Source: a virus (lineage: Duplodnaviria > Caudoviricetes). From it: 64,000 nucleotides of DNA. Shown here one piece after another: positions 9,741-20,147 of this stretch. The notes under the pieces were generated by a model, which saw only the letters and a list, made by a program, of their open reading frames with translations, was not told where the DNA came from and did not search any database. Within the stretch, counting starts at the first letter, position 1. Every line of letters begins with the position of its first letter. The translations under genes and the position numbers were made by a program. The stretch is from IMG/VR virus record IMGVR_UViG_3300027974_001530; one strand, 5' to 3'.

Positions 9741-11105
9741 TTAGTAGGATAAATCATCATCATTATCATAATTATATTCATCATCCTCATCATCTTCACC
9801 TTTAAATCTCTGATATTCCTTTTTAGCCTTTTCAAAAATGTCCTTAAATTCTTTAACCGCTTTTGCGTTATCTTCTTTTCTATTTGAAACAACATTTGCA
9901 ATTATTTGTTTTAGGAATCTTTCCGCCGGTACCTCATAAAGGTTCTTTTCAAAGAACGGCATATAAATACGACCATCAGGATCTAAAACTAATTCTTCAG
10001 GTAACATTGTTCTAATTTTTCTTGCTAATTCAGCACCAATTCTGAAGTTCATTGGTTCATGTTCCATTGTGTCAGTTTGACTAATAACTTGTTGTGCCAT
10101 TTCAGGATTCATTCCTTTCCACTGTTGTCTTGCGGTAACCATACCAAATGCTTTATCAACTTCATGTAATAGAATTGGGAAGATTAATCCATTTGCAAAC
10201 CAAGTATCTTTATCCATTTCTTCACCACTTTGGTCGTCATCCTCATCTTCATCGCTTTGTTCTGGTTTGGCTTTACCTGCCGATCCTGCCGCATTACCCC
10301 CCAACATTTCAATTAGTTGTTGGTTGGTAAAATACATTAAATCATTTGCTCCCATAATTTTATTATACAATTCATATAAAGATGGGTCTATAGCGTCTAA
10401 TCTATCTTTATATTCCTGATAAGCGTATTGACCTCTTTTTGCCTTACCCATCACATATGCATTTATAACGTGTCGTTTTTCAATCTCCAATTGTTTTTCT
10501 TCTTCTGGAGTTAATTCATCAATGTCAAATGAAAAGTTTGCAGGTATTGGTAGTTTTTCATTTTTTTTAGGTTTCATCTGAAATATAGTTGGGTCTATAG
10601 ATTGTTCCCCAAGGAAAGTTAAAAGATTCATCAATTCAAATTCATAAATGGTCCCACCATCCTTAGATTTTCTTTTTTTTACAAGACCTTCCCTTAACGC
10701 ATTTTCCATTGTAATATTATTAGGCATCCAACCATTTTCTTTGGCCTTAATTTCAACTGCAAGATCTCTAAGTTTTTCTCTATGTCTTGGCTCTTTGGTC
10801 ATTGCTTGTCTAACCGCCATCATTTGTTCCATTTGAATCGCGGCCATTACCGAAGGATCTGTTATATTTCTTTCAGTGGTATAATATCTTTTTACGTAAT
10901 CAACAATCTCTTTGAATCTGTCTCCTGATAACCTCTCAACATCAGATACTCCTCCTTGAAACCCTCTATTTTTTGCATAGATACTTTCGGGATCCTCAAT
11001 CTTTTGTTGTACTCTAGGGTCCATTCTTTCTGGATAATCCCCATAATCAACAGGAGCCTCGTTTATGATTTTCCTCACTAAACTCTCAATATATTTATGT
11101 CCCAT
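9741..11105 (-). CDS. Hypothetical protein (454 aa)
   Basis: Long ORF in the late-gene run; N-terminus ends in IINE. Confidence 0.85.
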   Translation of the reverse strand: MGHKYIESLVRKIINEAPVDYGDYPERMDPRVQQKIEDPESIYAKNRGFQGGVSDVERLSGDRFKEIVDYVKRYYTTERNITDPSVMAAIQMEQMMAVRQAMTKEPRHREKLRDLAVEIKAKENGWMPNNITMENALREGLVKKRKSKDGGTIYEFELMNLLTFLGEQSIDPTIFQMKPKKNEKLPIPANFSFDIDELTPEEEKQLEIEKRHVINAYVMGKAKRGQYAYQEYKDRLDAIDPSLYELYNKIMGANDLMYFTNQQLIEMLGGNAAGSAGKAKPEQSDEDEDDDQSGEEMDKDTWFANGLIFPILLHEVDKAFGMVTARQQWKGMNPEMAQQVISQTDTMEHEPMNFRIGAELARKIRTMLPEELVLDPDGRIYMPFFEKNLYEVPAERFLKQIIANVVSNRKEDNAKAVKEFKDIFEKAKKEYQRFKGEDDEDDEYNYDNDDDLSY

Positions 11106-12091
11106 TAGTTAAAATTTAATATGTTCATTATTGCATCAATGAAACCACTTTGTTGTTTTTCCATTTTTGCTTTTGGATTTTCCTTAACATCAGGATTAGG
11201 ATCTTTAAAAGGATTATCCCTTCTTCTTTCTTTTTCCTTAGTTCTTTCTTTTTCCTTAGTTCTTTCTTTTTCTTTTGTATTTGCTTTAGGTTTTTCTTCT
11301 ACGTCAGGATTAGGGTCTTTAAAAGGGTTACCCTTTCTTCTTTCTTTTTCCTTAGTTCTTTCTTTTTCCTTAGTTCTTTCTTTTTCTTTTGTGTCTTCCC
11401 CTAAAGAAGAGATTCTACCAATAGGCCTTTTCATACTTTTCATTTCAATTCCAGATTCGTTTGAAAACATAGACATTTTTTTTGGGGTTTTCAAAAACAT
11501 AGAATTAAATTTTTCTGTTTTTTCAGATATTGTATTAATCATTTGACCTTTTGTAAACGTTGGGTTCACATATTCATCCAACATGTTAACAATTCTATCT
11601 TCTAAAAATCTTTCTAAATTTTCATTAGTTTTTTTAGTTGTTTTTTTAACCGTTTTTTCGGGATGTTTTTTTTCTGGCATTTTTTTATAATCTTTTTTAG
11701 ATGTACTATCAGAAAATTCTTTAGCCATGTTACACCATTTTTCTTTTGTTTTTCCTGTACTATTTTTACATTTTGACCAAAATAATCCTTGTTGGGATTT
11801 TGATTCAAATTTCTCATCTAACTCAACTGAAGCGTTTGGGTCTGCTTTTGTTACCATAGCCTGAACTGCTTCCATATCTTTTGGGTTTTTTGTTGGTTGA
11901 TATACAGTCTTTGTTACCGCTTCTTTATTCTCTTCTTTTTTTGTAAATTTTTCGGATAATACCTTAATTTGTAAGTCATTTAAATTACTAATAGTGTTAA
12001 ATGACAATCCGTGTTCTAACAAAGTTAAAATATGATTTTTAGGATTCATATACTGCTTTTTTATCAAATTCAAGAACGATATCTCGTTCAT
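11105..12091 (-). CDS. Hypothetical protein with duplicated (KEKERT)n-NPFKDPNPDV module
   Basis: ORF track; internal duplication visible in protein and DNA; start may be the second Met. Confidence 0.8.
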   Translation of the reverse strand: MNEISFLNLIKKQYMNPKNHILTLLEHGLSFNTISNLNDLQIKVLSEKFTKKEENKEAVTKTVYQPTKNPKDMEAVQAMVTKADPNASVELDEKFESKSQQGLFWSKCKNSTGKTKEKWCNMAKEFSDSTSKKDYKKMPEKKHPEKTVKKTTKKTNENLERFLEDRIVNMLDEYVNPTFTKGQMINTISEKTEKFNSMFLKTPKKMSMFSNESGIEMKSMKRPIGRISSLGEDTKEKERTKEKERTKEKERRKGNPFKDPNPDVEEKPKANTKEKERTKEKERTKEKERRRDNPFKDPNPDVKENPKAKMEKQQSGFIDAIMNILNFN

Positions 12092-12446
12092 ATAGTTTAT
12101 CTTTTACGTCTTGTTCAGTTTCCCCAAACTTAAATACTAATCTTTTTGTGATTGAGAAATCAATTTCATTTGTTTCTTTTTCCCAACCTATGGACAGTAC
12201 CCCATCCATTGAATCCATCATTGAAAATACGTCTGAGTTTTGAACCAATTCTAATAAGATTTCCCCATTAATTAATGATCCAACCTTTTTTATATATTCA
12301 AAGTCAGGTGGTGATGGGTAACCATTAGATGGTTTTGATTCCCAATTCTCACCCCAAACATCTAAAGTTTCTGAAAAAATAAATTCATAAATGTTGTCTC
12401 CCTTATAATTGGGTCCCATACCATTTATGTAAATTAAATAATTCAT
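12039..12446 (-). CDS. Hypothetical protein
   Basis: 135-aa ORF overlapping both neighbours. Confidence 0.8.
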   Translation of the reverse strand: MNYLIYINGMGPNYKGDNIYEFIFSETLDVWGENWESKPSNGYPSPPDFEYIKKVGSLINGEILLELVQNSDVFSMMDSMDGVLSIGWEKETNEIDFSITKRLVFKFGETEQDVKDKLYERDIVLEFDKKAVYES

Positions 12447-13759
12447 AGTACTCTTCTTCCGTCTGTTGATATTTTGTGTTCATTAATACCGACTTTAAAT
12501 AGTAAATTACTTTTATTTGTTGATCCTATTAAAACCGCGTTTGGATTTTTTTCTAAGAATTTTAATGCCGATCTTTCTTGTTGAATTGATTTTGAAAGTC
12601 TTTTGATCTCCATTTCGTTTACAACCATATTTTCTTTTAAAAGTCCCTTATTAATAATTTTTTTTCTATTATTAACCTTTTTTTCATCTTCATTAATTGA
12701 AAAATATCTTCCAATGATTTTATCAACTTTAGATTCTGAGAACATATTATCTGTTCTTGTCCCTAAAGGACCTACTGTCATTCTATTTCTGTTTCTATAT
12801 CCGTATTCTGTAACCTCACCTTCATCTGACGGTGGTTCAGGAGAATCAACATCAGGGTCTTCATCCGAGGTTAAATTTTCATCACCTTCTTCATTACCCT
12901 CTTCGTCGCCCTCTTCTTTATCTTCTTCATCACCTTCCAAACGATCTATAATTTCCTCAACGTCTTCGTCATCCAACACAGATAAATCTAATGAAGATAA
13001 CACAGAATTTAAAATATACTTAACATCGTCAGAATCCATTTCTTCACTGTTAAGATATTTTCTAATTTTTTGGGATAGTTTTCCTGTTAATTTTTGAATC
13101 AACTTAAACGATACTCCATTTTCTTTGCCTGTATTTTCCTCTTCATCGTCGGTAGATTCGTCATCCCCACCAAGGTCTGCCATTGGATCTTCATCCCCAC
13201 CAAGGTCTGCCATTGGATCTTCTTCTGGTCCTGTTGTTTCGGTACCTCCCATAAGTCCTGCCATTGGATCTTCTTCTGATCCTGTTGCGGGAGCCGGAGA
13301 TGGTTCTGCCGCAGGTGCGGGAGCCGGAGATGGTTCAGGTAATGTTGGTGCCTGTTCAGGGGCAACATCTGACTTTGGTGTTGGAACTTTAAGTTTAAAC
13401 TTTTTTTGTTCGGTAAAAAGATTTGTGCCCTCATCGTTATTATATAATGAGTTAAAATCTTTAGCCATTAAATTTAATTTTTTTAATGCTTCAGAGTAAG
13501 ATCTGTAATATCTCCTATTTTTCATAGGTTCGATATAATCAGAGTAAGATTCAGTAATATTTCTTTTAATTATATATCCTTGTCTTTCTTTTACAATGTC
13601 ATATGAATTTCCATCTGATAAACCAAGTCTATACTCTGTAGATTTTAATTCAATATCTTTATTAGATAATTCGTGGTTATAGTTAGCAATTTCCATAATT
13701 CTACGGATTTTATCCATACCAACTAATTTCTCACTCCCAATAGGTTTTAGTCCTCCCAT
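12443..13759 (-). CDS. Hypothetical acidic low-complexity protein
   Basis: 438 aa; PAPA and EDPMADLGGD repeats. Confidence 0.85.
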   Translation of the reverse strand: MGGLKPIGSEKLVGMDKIRRIMEIANYNHELSNKDIELKSTEYRLGLSDGNSYDIVKERQGYIIKRNITESYSDYIEPMKNRRYYRSYSEALKKLNLMAKDFNSLYNNDEGTNLFTEQKKFKLKVPTPKSDVAPEQAPTLPEPSPAPAPAAEPSPAPATGSEEDPMAGLMGGTETTGPEEDPMADLGGDEDPMADLGGDDESTDDEEENTGKENGVSFKLIQKLTGKLSQKIRKYLNSEEMDSDDVKYILNSVLSSLDLSVLDDEDVEEIIDRLEGDEEDKEEGDEEGNEEGDENLTSDEDPDVDSPEPPSDEGEVTEYGYRNRNRMTVGPLGTRTDNMFSESKVDKIIGRYFSINEDEKKVNNRKKIINKGLLKENMVVNEMEIKRLSKSIQQERSALKFLEKNPNAVLIGSTNKSNLLFKVGINEHKISTDGRRVL

Positions 13760-13834
13760 AGTATATTTTTTTGATTAAATTATTTTTATTAAATAAATAT
13801 ACCAATAATCGATATTGTTTTATTTTTAATCTAT

Positions 13835-14572
13835 TTATTGATTCATTGATAATTTTTTGTCGATTAATTTTGTTGGTATATCATATAATTTACCAATATA
13901 ACCGTTTCTTCTTAATAGTTTAAATACTAGATTTTCTATAGACATTTCCCCACCTTTTTCAAGTCCACAACTTCTAAACTTCTTAAGTTTTTCTTTATAT
14001 TTTTTTACAATAGATTTTATCTCATCAGGACTTTCATCTCCGATGTTGTCAACAACACCATCAATAATATTCATCCATTGTTTTGCCTTTTCTTTAATTA
14101 GTTCTGTATCAATTTCTTTCATTTCATCTTTTTTTGGTTCATTAACCCACATATTATAAAGAACAGAATATACCCCAGAACTAAATGCGACCTCATTCTC
14201 GTCTTGTACAAAACACTCAACGTCGTAACCAAATAATTTTATATTATGTTTTTGATTAAAAACTATTTTTTTTAGATCAAAGAATTCAACATATAAATCC
14301 TTAGAGTCAGATGGGAATTGACCATAATTTAAGACAATGTGTAAATCAATATCAGAATATTTGGACCAATTGTAATTGACTAATGATCCAATCATAATAA
14401 TATCAGTTATTAAAATATCTACCCCAAGAGAATCTATAAATAAATTTGCAGTCTTAAGAAGACTGTCCCTAACATCTGGGTTTATTTTTGTTATTTTTCC
14501 AGAGTCGTCCCAAATTTTTGGGTTTAATTCTTTTTTTGGTTCAAAACTTTTTATTAATTCATTGTCCATCAA
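13835..14572 (-). CDS. Pol beta-superfamily nucleotidyltransferase
   Basis: IMIGSLVNYNWSKYSDIDLH is a hG[S]..D.D motif; third acidic residue in YDVECF. Confidence 0.75.
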   Translation of the reverse strand: MMDNELIKSFEPKKELNPKIWDDSGKITKINPDVRDSLLKTANLFIDSLGVDILITDIIMIGSLVNYNWSKYSDIDLHIVLNYGQFPSDSKDLYVEFFDLKKIVFNQKHNIKLFGYDVECFVQDENEVAFSSGVYSVLYNMWVNEPKKDEMKEIDTELIKEKAKQWMNIIDGVVDNIGDESPDEIKSIVKKYKEKLKKFRSCGLEKGGEMSIENLVFKLLRRNGYIGKLYDIPTKLIDKKLSMNQ

Positions 14573-14594
14573 ATATAAATATTAAGTTTTTTGT

Positions 14595-14840
14595 TTAACT
14601 TAATTTTTTATATTTGTAAATTTTTGAAATGTTTTTATTAAAATATGTACCTTGAGATTGTGCGGTTCTAAATTCGGTGTATTTTTGATGAGGTACATCC
14701 TCATATTCATATCTAATACCGTTTTTAAATTCAGTTATCATTTTTTTTGTTTCAGTATCATATTCTGTTTTAACTATGTTTGACGATTGTATTTCGTTAA
14801 TAATCTTTGTTCCTTTAAATTCTTCTCTTGTAATTGCCAT
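14595..14840 (-). CDS. KTSC domain protein
   Basis: SSNI..TEYD...EFKNG.RYEY.DVP......F..A.SQG.YFN. Confidence 0.9.
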   Translation of the reverse strand: MAITREEFKGTKIINEIQSSNIVKTEYDTETKKMITEFKNGIRYEYEDVPHQKYTEFRTAQSQGTYFNKNISKIYKYKKLS

Positions 14841-14930
14841 AATTTTTTATTATTAAAATAAATAACACAAATAAAAAAATCCACCAATCAATGGGACTTT
14901 TTATTTTAAAAATATAACATTTATTAAAAT

Positions 14931-14975
14931 ATGACATTTTGTCATGTAATTATACCCACACCTGACAAAAAGACA
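14931..14975. promoter_or_regulatory. TGACA-N3-TGTCA inverted repeat plus a degenerate copy upstream of clpC
   Basis: ATGACA ttt TGTCAT at 14931-14945; cTGACA aaa AGACA at 14962-14975. Confidence 0.45.
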
Positions 14976-15026
14976 AGTATTGACTAACAATATGAATATA
15001 TTTAGATTTATATAAAACTTTTAATT

Positions 15027-17087
15027 ATGTTAGATTTTGTAGACGATAGTAATGATAAAAATAAAAAAAAGAGTGAGGCCGGAACACCTGTATTAGATAA
15101 TTTTAGTAAAGATCTAATAAAACTTGCCGAACAAGGTAAATTAGACCCAGTAATTGGTAGAGAAAAAGAAATCTTTAGAATTGCCCAAGTTTTATCAAGG
15201 AGGAAAAAAAATAACCCTATTATTATTGGTGAACCAGGAGCAGGTAAAACTGCAATCGTCGAGGGTCTTGCAATGATGATTTATGGTGGAGAGTGCCCAA
15301 AAAATTTGGTAGATAAAAGAATTGTGTCTTTAGACATTAACTCAATTGTTGCCGGCACAAAGTATAGAGGTCAATTTGAAGAAAGAATGAAGGTGATTAT
15401 TGAAGAACTTCAGAACACCCCTAATATTATTTTATTTATAGATGAAATTCATACTATGGTTGGTGCGGGTAATAGTTCAGGTTCTTTAGACGCATCAAAC
15501 ATATTTAAACCTGCGTTATCAAGAGGTGAAATTCAGTGTATTGGAGCAACAACCCTTGATGAATATAGAAGACATTTTGAGAAAGATGGTGCATTAGAAA
15601 GAAGATTCCAAAAGATTATTGTAGATCCATCAACCAAAGAAGAAACGTTTCAAATACTACAACAAAGTAAGGGTAAATATGAAGAACATCATAAGGTTAA
15701 TTATACCGATGAATCACTTCGGTTATGTGTTGAGTTAGCCGATAGATATATTACGGATAGAGAGTTTCCTGATAAGGCTTTTGATATTTTAGATGAGGTT
15801 GGGTCAAGAATGCAAATAGATATAAAATTACCTGAAGAAATTGAGTTATTAAAAGTTGAGGCCCAAGAAATAAAGAAAGAGAAGGCGACCGTTATTAAAA
15901 AACAAAACTACGAACAAGCAGCCGAATTAAGAGATAGAGAAAGAAACGTTTTAATTAAATTAGAAGAGGAGAAAAAGAAATTTGAGGATCATCTTAAAAA
16001 TAGTAAACGAGGTATTCCTGATGAAATCATTTATGAGGTAGTTTCAAACATGACTAAAATTCCTGTTAGTAAAATAAATGTAGATGAGAAAAATTCGTTA
16101 GTTAATCTTGAATTAACTTTAAATAAATACGTTATTGGTCAAGAAGAGGCGGTTGGAAAAATATCAAAATCTATAAGAAGAAATAGAGTTGGGATTAAAG
16201 ACCCTAATAGACCAATCGGTTCGTTTATATTTTTAGGATCAACAGGTGTTGGTAAGACGTTTTTAGCAAAAAAATTAGCAAAAGAAATATTTGGTAGTGA
16301 AGATAGTTTAATAAGAGTTGACATGTCTGAGTACCAAGAGAAACATACCATCTCAAGACTTATTGGATCCCCTCCAGGATATGTGGGACATGAAGAAGGG
16401 GGTCAATTAACAGAACAAGTTAAAAATAAACCATATTCTGTCATACTTTTTGATGAGATTGAGAAGGCAAATAAAGACATATTCGCAACCTTACTACAGA
16501 TGTTAGATGATGGACATTTAACTGATGGGTTAGGCAGAAAGATCAACTTTAAAAACTGTTTAATTATTATGACATCAAATATTGGTGTTAGAAAATTACA
16601 GGACTTTGGGAATGGTGTTGGATTTAAAACAAATAATAATAGTGAAGTTGTCCAAGAGGAGTATAAAAGAGACGTATTGAAAAAAGAATTACGCAAATTT
16701 TTTGCACCTGAATTTTTAAATAGAATTGATGATGTTGTAATATTTAATTCTTTAGTAAAAGAACATATTGATAAAATTGTAAAACTTGAAATTGATAAAC
16801 TAATTGACAGATTAACATCTATGAAATATAACGTTTCTTATGAAGGTTCTGTGACTGATTTTATATCAAAAGTTGGTTTTGATGATCAATACGGAGCAAG
16901 ACCAATTAAAAGAGCGATCCAAGATAAAATCGAAGACTTAATTTCAGAAAAGATATTAAACAATGAGGTTATAGAAGGGGGCGAATATATGTTATTTGTT
17001 AAAGGAGAAGGTGATGATCAAACAATAGAAATTGAGGATAGGTCAAAACCAGAACCAAAGAAAAAAGGAAGAAATAAAAAGGGATAA
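15027..17087 (+). CDS. clpC: ClpC-like AAA+ unfoldase lacking the N-terminal repeat domain
   Basis: Two Walker A motifs (GEPGAGKT, GSTGVGKT), UVR-type middle coil (KKQNYEQAAELRD), VGF ClpP-docking loop; protein starts directly at NBD1. Confidence 0.9.
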   Translation: MLDFVDDSNDKNKKKSEAGTPVLDNFSKDLIKLAEQGKLDPVIGREKEIFRIAQVLSRRKKNNPIIIGEPGAGKTAIVEGLAMMIYGGECPKNLVDKRIVSLDINSIVAGTKYRGQFEERMKVIIEELQNTPNIILFIDEIHTMVGAGNSSGSLDASNIFKPALSRGEIQCIGATTLDEYRRHFEKDGALERRFQKIIVDPSTKEETFQILQQSKGKYEEHHKVNYTDESLRLCVELADRYITDREFPDKAFDILDEVGSRMQIDIKLPEEIELLKVEAQEIKKEKATVIKKQNYEQAAELRDRERNVLIKLEEEKKKFEDHLKNSKRGIPDEIIYEVVSNMTKIPVSKINVDEKNSLVNLELTLNKYVIGQEEAVGKISKSIRRNRVGIKDPNRPIGSFIFLGSTGVGKTFLAKKLAKEIFGSEDSLIRVDMSEYQEKHTISRLIGSPPGYVGHEEGGQLTEQVKNKPYSVILFDEIEKANKDIFATLLQMLDDGHLTDGLGRKINFKNCLIIMTSNIGVRKLQDFGNGVGFKTNNNSEVVQEEYKRDVLKKELRKFFAPEFLNRIDDVVIFNSLVKEHIDKIVKLEIDKLIDRLTSMKYNVSYEGSVTDFISKVGFDDQYGARPIKRAIQDKIEDLISEKILNNEVIEGGEYMLFVKGEGDDQTIEIEDRSKPEPKKKGRNKKG

Positions 17088-17137
17088 TAATTTTTTTAAA
17101 TAAATTTTTTTTTATAAATTTGTTTTAATAACAGAAT

Positions 17138-17560
17138 ATGAAAACAATTTTTTTAACCCTATTTTTTTTCTTTAATTTTTTATCATTTAGTCAAAAATTA
17201 ATAATTCACGTATTTGAAAAACAAGAAATGATTTCATTTCATAGAACATCGGTGGATTCTGTGTTAATGAAACCGGATTTAATATATGATGTTAATAGTG
17301 ATTACACCAAATATATTATAGACCTTGGTAATGAAACTTCCACATATTTTATTGATGGTGTTGAAATTAGTTCGTTACCAATTAAATTTGTAAATCTTGG
17401 TAATGGGTCACTTAAGATTAATATATTGGAAAAAAGTTTTGATTATGGTTTGATCGTTAATACAAATTATGGGAGCGAAAATGTTATTTGGTTTTGGTTT
17501 ACAGATAACTCAACCACAGTAAAAAATATTACAAAGTTTAATATAGAAAAACCATCATAA
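17138..17560 (+). CDS. Hypothetical exported protein
   Basis: Signal-peptide-like N-terminus MKTIFLTLFFFFNFLSFSQ. Confidence 0.7.
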   Translation: MKTIFLTLFFFFNFLSFSQKLIIHVFEKQEMISFHRTSVDSVLMKPDLIYDVNSDYTKYIIDLGNETSTYFIDGVEISSLPIKFVNLGNGSLKINILEKSFDYGLIVNTNYGSENVIWFWFTDNSTTVKNITKFNIEKPS

Positions 17561-17592
17561 AAAAATCCCCATCTTTTCAGGTGGGGATTTTT
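17561..17592. terminator. Bidirectional intrinsic terminator
   Basis: AAAAATCCCCATC..GGTGGGGATTTTT between convergent genes. Confidence 0.75.
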
Positions 17593-17608
17593 ACATAACT
17601 TAATATTT

Positions 17609-18097
17609 TTATTTTTGGGTTGGGGAAGTTAATAAAGTTTTTTTAACCGCATCTATCCCACTTCTAACGGCAATTGCAAGTTTATCTTTAACTGCAGCAT
17701 CTGCAGTATTTAAAACATTTACTAAACTACCGCTAAACTGCATTAGTTTACCATCCACTATTTTTGTTCCGTAGTTGTCTAATGGGTCCTTTTCTTGTTG
17801 TACACCTGTTGATAAGTTTGCGGTAATTGCGACACCAAAATCTTGTGGTGATTTAACTAATTCTTTACCATCTTTGTAAATAACTATATTTCCGTGATAA
17901 TCATCAGCTCCTTTTACAAATTTTGCGGTGTATGCAGGTAATTTATATGCCGTCATAACTCTGTTAAATTCATTAACAAATGCCGCGGCTTGAGTGTTAG
18001 CAAGAGATTGTTCCATTATATAATGTCTTGATGTAGCGTTTTGGTGCATTTCCAAAATTCTACTTTTTTCTTGTTCTGAGATTATAAATTTTATCAT
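17609..18097 (-). CDS. Hypothetical protein with ISEQEKSRILEMH N-terminal motif
   Basis: ORF track; shared N-terminal motif. Confidence 0.8.
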   Translation of the reverse strand: MIKFIISEQEKSRILEMHQNATSRHYIMEQSLANTQAAAFVNEFNRVMTAYKLPAYTAKFVKGADDYHGNIVIYKDGKELVKSPQDFGVAITANLSTGVQQEKDPLDNYGTKIVDGKLMQFSGSLVNVLNTADAAVKDKLAIAVRSGIDAVKKTLLTSPTQK

Positions 18098-18169
18098 AAT
18101 ATTTTTTTGTATTTAACAAATAAATATATGAATTTTAAAGAAATTAAAGGATATGAGTAAATTTTTTTA

Positions 18170-18955
18170 TTAATGTTTATTATTACCTAACTCCTCTATC
18201 ATTAATTTACCCACCTTAATACCATTGTATGTGTCGTCAACAACCACGTATTCGTTTCTTGTGTGGTAATTGTAGTACCCAATAGAGATATTGAAACAGG
18301 ACAACCCAAAGTTCTTATTTAATGGGTATATATCCGTGTATGGGTGTCTATGGTATTCTGTATCGCCAGGAAAATGTTCTGTTATTAGTCTACCCCCAAC
18401 ATTAAAGAATTCACTGTCTCTATTAAACATTGGTTTGTTCATTAAAAATTCTGAAATCATATTATTTTCGGGGGCATCAAATTGTATAACGTAACCAACA
18501 TTAGTGAAAAAATTAGGATCCGCATTAAATGAACCCTTACATCCTGTTTCTTCAGCAACAAAGAAAGCGGCTTTTAGATTAGGTAATTCTTTTAGTAGTT
18601 CTAAACACCCATAAACCCCACATTTATCATCACCACCAATTCCTGTTGGGTCTCCGTTATTATTATATGCCTTTAAAGATAGTTTAACATTACCTTGAGC
18701 ATCAGGTAACATCTCTTCTTTAACATTTATTGTGTCAATATTATGTACAGTATCAGTATGTGCGACCACACAAGGAAAGTATTCAATATCCTGATCAGTT
18801 TGTTTTGTTGCATATATGTTGTATAAGTCATCAACATAATATGTGATGTTATTTTTATCTAACCAATCACAGATAAATTGTATCAATAAATCTTCTTGAT
18901 ATGTTTTTGAGGGTACCGATAACACCTCTTTTAGTAATTCGTAATTTCTTTCCAT
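18170..18955 (-). CDS. M28-family zinc metallopeptidase
   Basis: AHTDTV, GGDDKCG, AEETG, QFD, YHTRNE motifs. Confidence 0.85.
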   Translation of the reverse strand: MERNYELLKEVLSVPSKTYQEDLLIQFICDWLDKNNITYYVDDLYNIYATKQTDQDIEYFPCVVAHTDTVHNIDTINVKEEMLPDAQGNVKLSLKAYNNNGDPTGIGGDDKCGVYGCLELLKELPNLKAAFFVAEETGCKGSFNADPNFFTNVGYVIQFDAPENNMISEFLMNKPMFNRDSEFFNVGGRLITEHFPGDTEYHRHPYTDIYPLNKNFGLSCFNISIGYYNYHTRNEYVVVDDTYNGIKVGKLMIEELGNNKH

Positions 18956-18984
18956 TTTACAAACTTACGAAAAATAAATGGTGT

Positions 18985-20064
18985 TTACAAAATAATACCT
19001 TTTATTTTTTTAAGTTGTTCAAATAATTCAGGATGGTAAAGTGATAAATTTAAATCCTCAACATTATCCACAGATCTATCTTCTGAAGGATGGTTTGGTT
19101 TTCTAGAGGTAAAATTAAGTTTTCCTGTTTTTATATCTAGATCTGAAAAGTACACTTCAATTTTTTTTGAGGGGATATTAATCCATCTTCTAAAACCTCC
19201 TAATTTTTCCACAATATTAAACAATTCGTTGTACCTTTCAAAACTTACATCTTCAGATAAATCTTCTTCTACCTTTTCTAAGATATCATTTAAATGACGG
19301 GCAGTTTCTTTGTGAAAAGAGTCCCATTCAAAATCATCACACCAAACATTATATTCCAATTCATACCAGTTACCTCTAGATTCTCTATCGTATTTTGTTA
19401 ACATTAACTTTAATAATTCTGGTATATCAAAATTTTTGGCCTCTAAAGTCTCGTACCAATGTATTAATACACCTAAAGTGGTTTTAAATCTGTAATTCCC
19501 ATAAGTCTCACTAATCCCAAGTTTTTTAAATGGATTTTTAGTTTCATTTTTTAAAACATTACTAACCGCCCTTCTAGTACAGTCTTGGTTCAAAGAACCA
19601 TATTCACTAACAATATATTCAATATCACCAAACCTTTTGTCTAAATAAGTCGCAATAATACCCATATTGGCATCCGTATCGTCATCTCGTAAAACCATTG
19701 ATGGGTTAACTAATCTTAGAATTTGTTTAACCAAGTTAAGATTTTCTGGACTAAATTCTTTTAATATGTACCCCTCTTTCCAATCTTCTTCATATCTGTA
19801 ATAATCATAATCATAATCGTAATAATAATTATCCATAAATTTATTCCACACATAGATATCTTCCTCATCCTCAATACCTAAAATTTTAAAATATTCTTCA
19901 GTATTTTCAAATTCAAAATAAATAACACTTGATGACGGGGAATCATAATTGTATTTAATATCATCGATTATATCAGGATACTGGTATTTACTAAATCTAA
20001 CATCCGTTAAATCCTTTTTTGATAATTTTTTTAAATATTCGTATGTTTCCCCAATTTCTGACAT
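18985..20064 (-). CDS. Hypothetical protein (359 aa)
   Basis: Long acidic, Tyr-rich ORF. Confidence 0.8.
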   Translation of the reverse strand: MSEIGETYEYLKKLSKKDLTDVRFSKYQYPDIIDDIKYNYDSPSSSVIYFEFENTEEYFKILGIEDEEDIYVWNKFMDNYYYDYDYDYYRYEEDWKEGYILKEFSPENLNLVKQILRLVNPSMVLRDDDTDANMGIIATYLDKRFGDIEYIVSEYGSLNQDCTRRAVSNVLKNETKNPFKKLGISETYGNYRFKTTLGVLIHWYETLEAKNFDIPELLKLMLTKYDRESRGNWYELEYNVWCDDFEWDSFHKETARHLNDILEKVEEDLSEDVSFERYNELFNIVEKLGGFRRWINIPSKKIEVYFSDLDIKTGKLNFTSRKPNHPSEDRSVDNVEDLNLSLYHPELFEQLKKIKGIIL

Positions 20065-20085
20065 ATAAAATAAATATCAAAATAT

Positions 20086-20116
20086 TTTGATTATTGTAAT
20101 TTACCCATTATATTTG
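20086..20116 (+). promoter_or_regulatory. Bacteroidota sigmaA-type promoter of tmRNA
   Basis: TTTG-N19-TATATTTG, followed by boxA-like GTTATTTGACA at 20134-20144. Confidence 0.8.
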
Positions 20117-20147
20117 TATTTATATAAACAAAAGTTATTTGACATAT

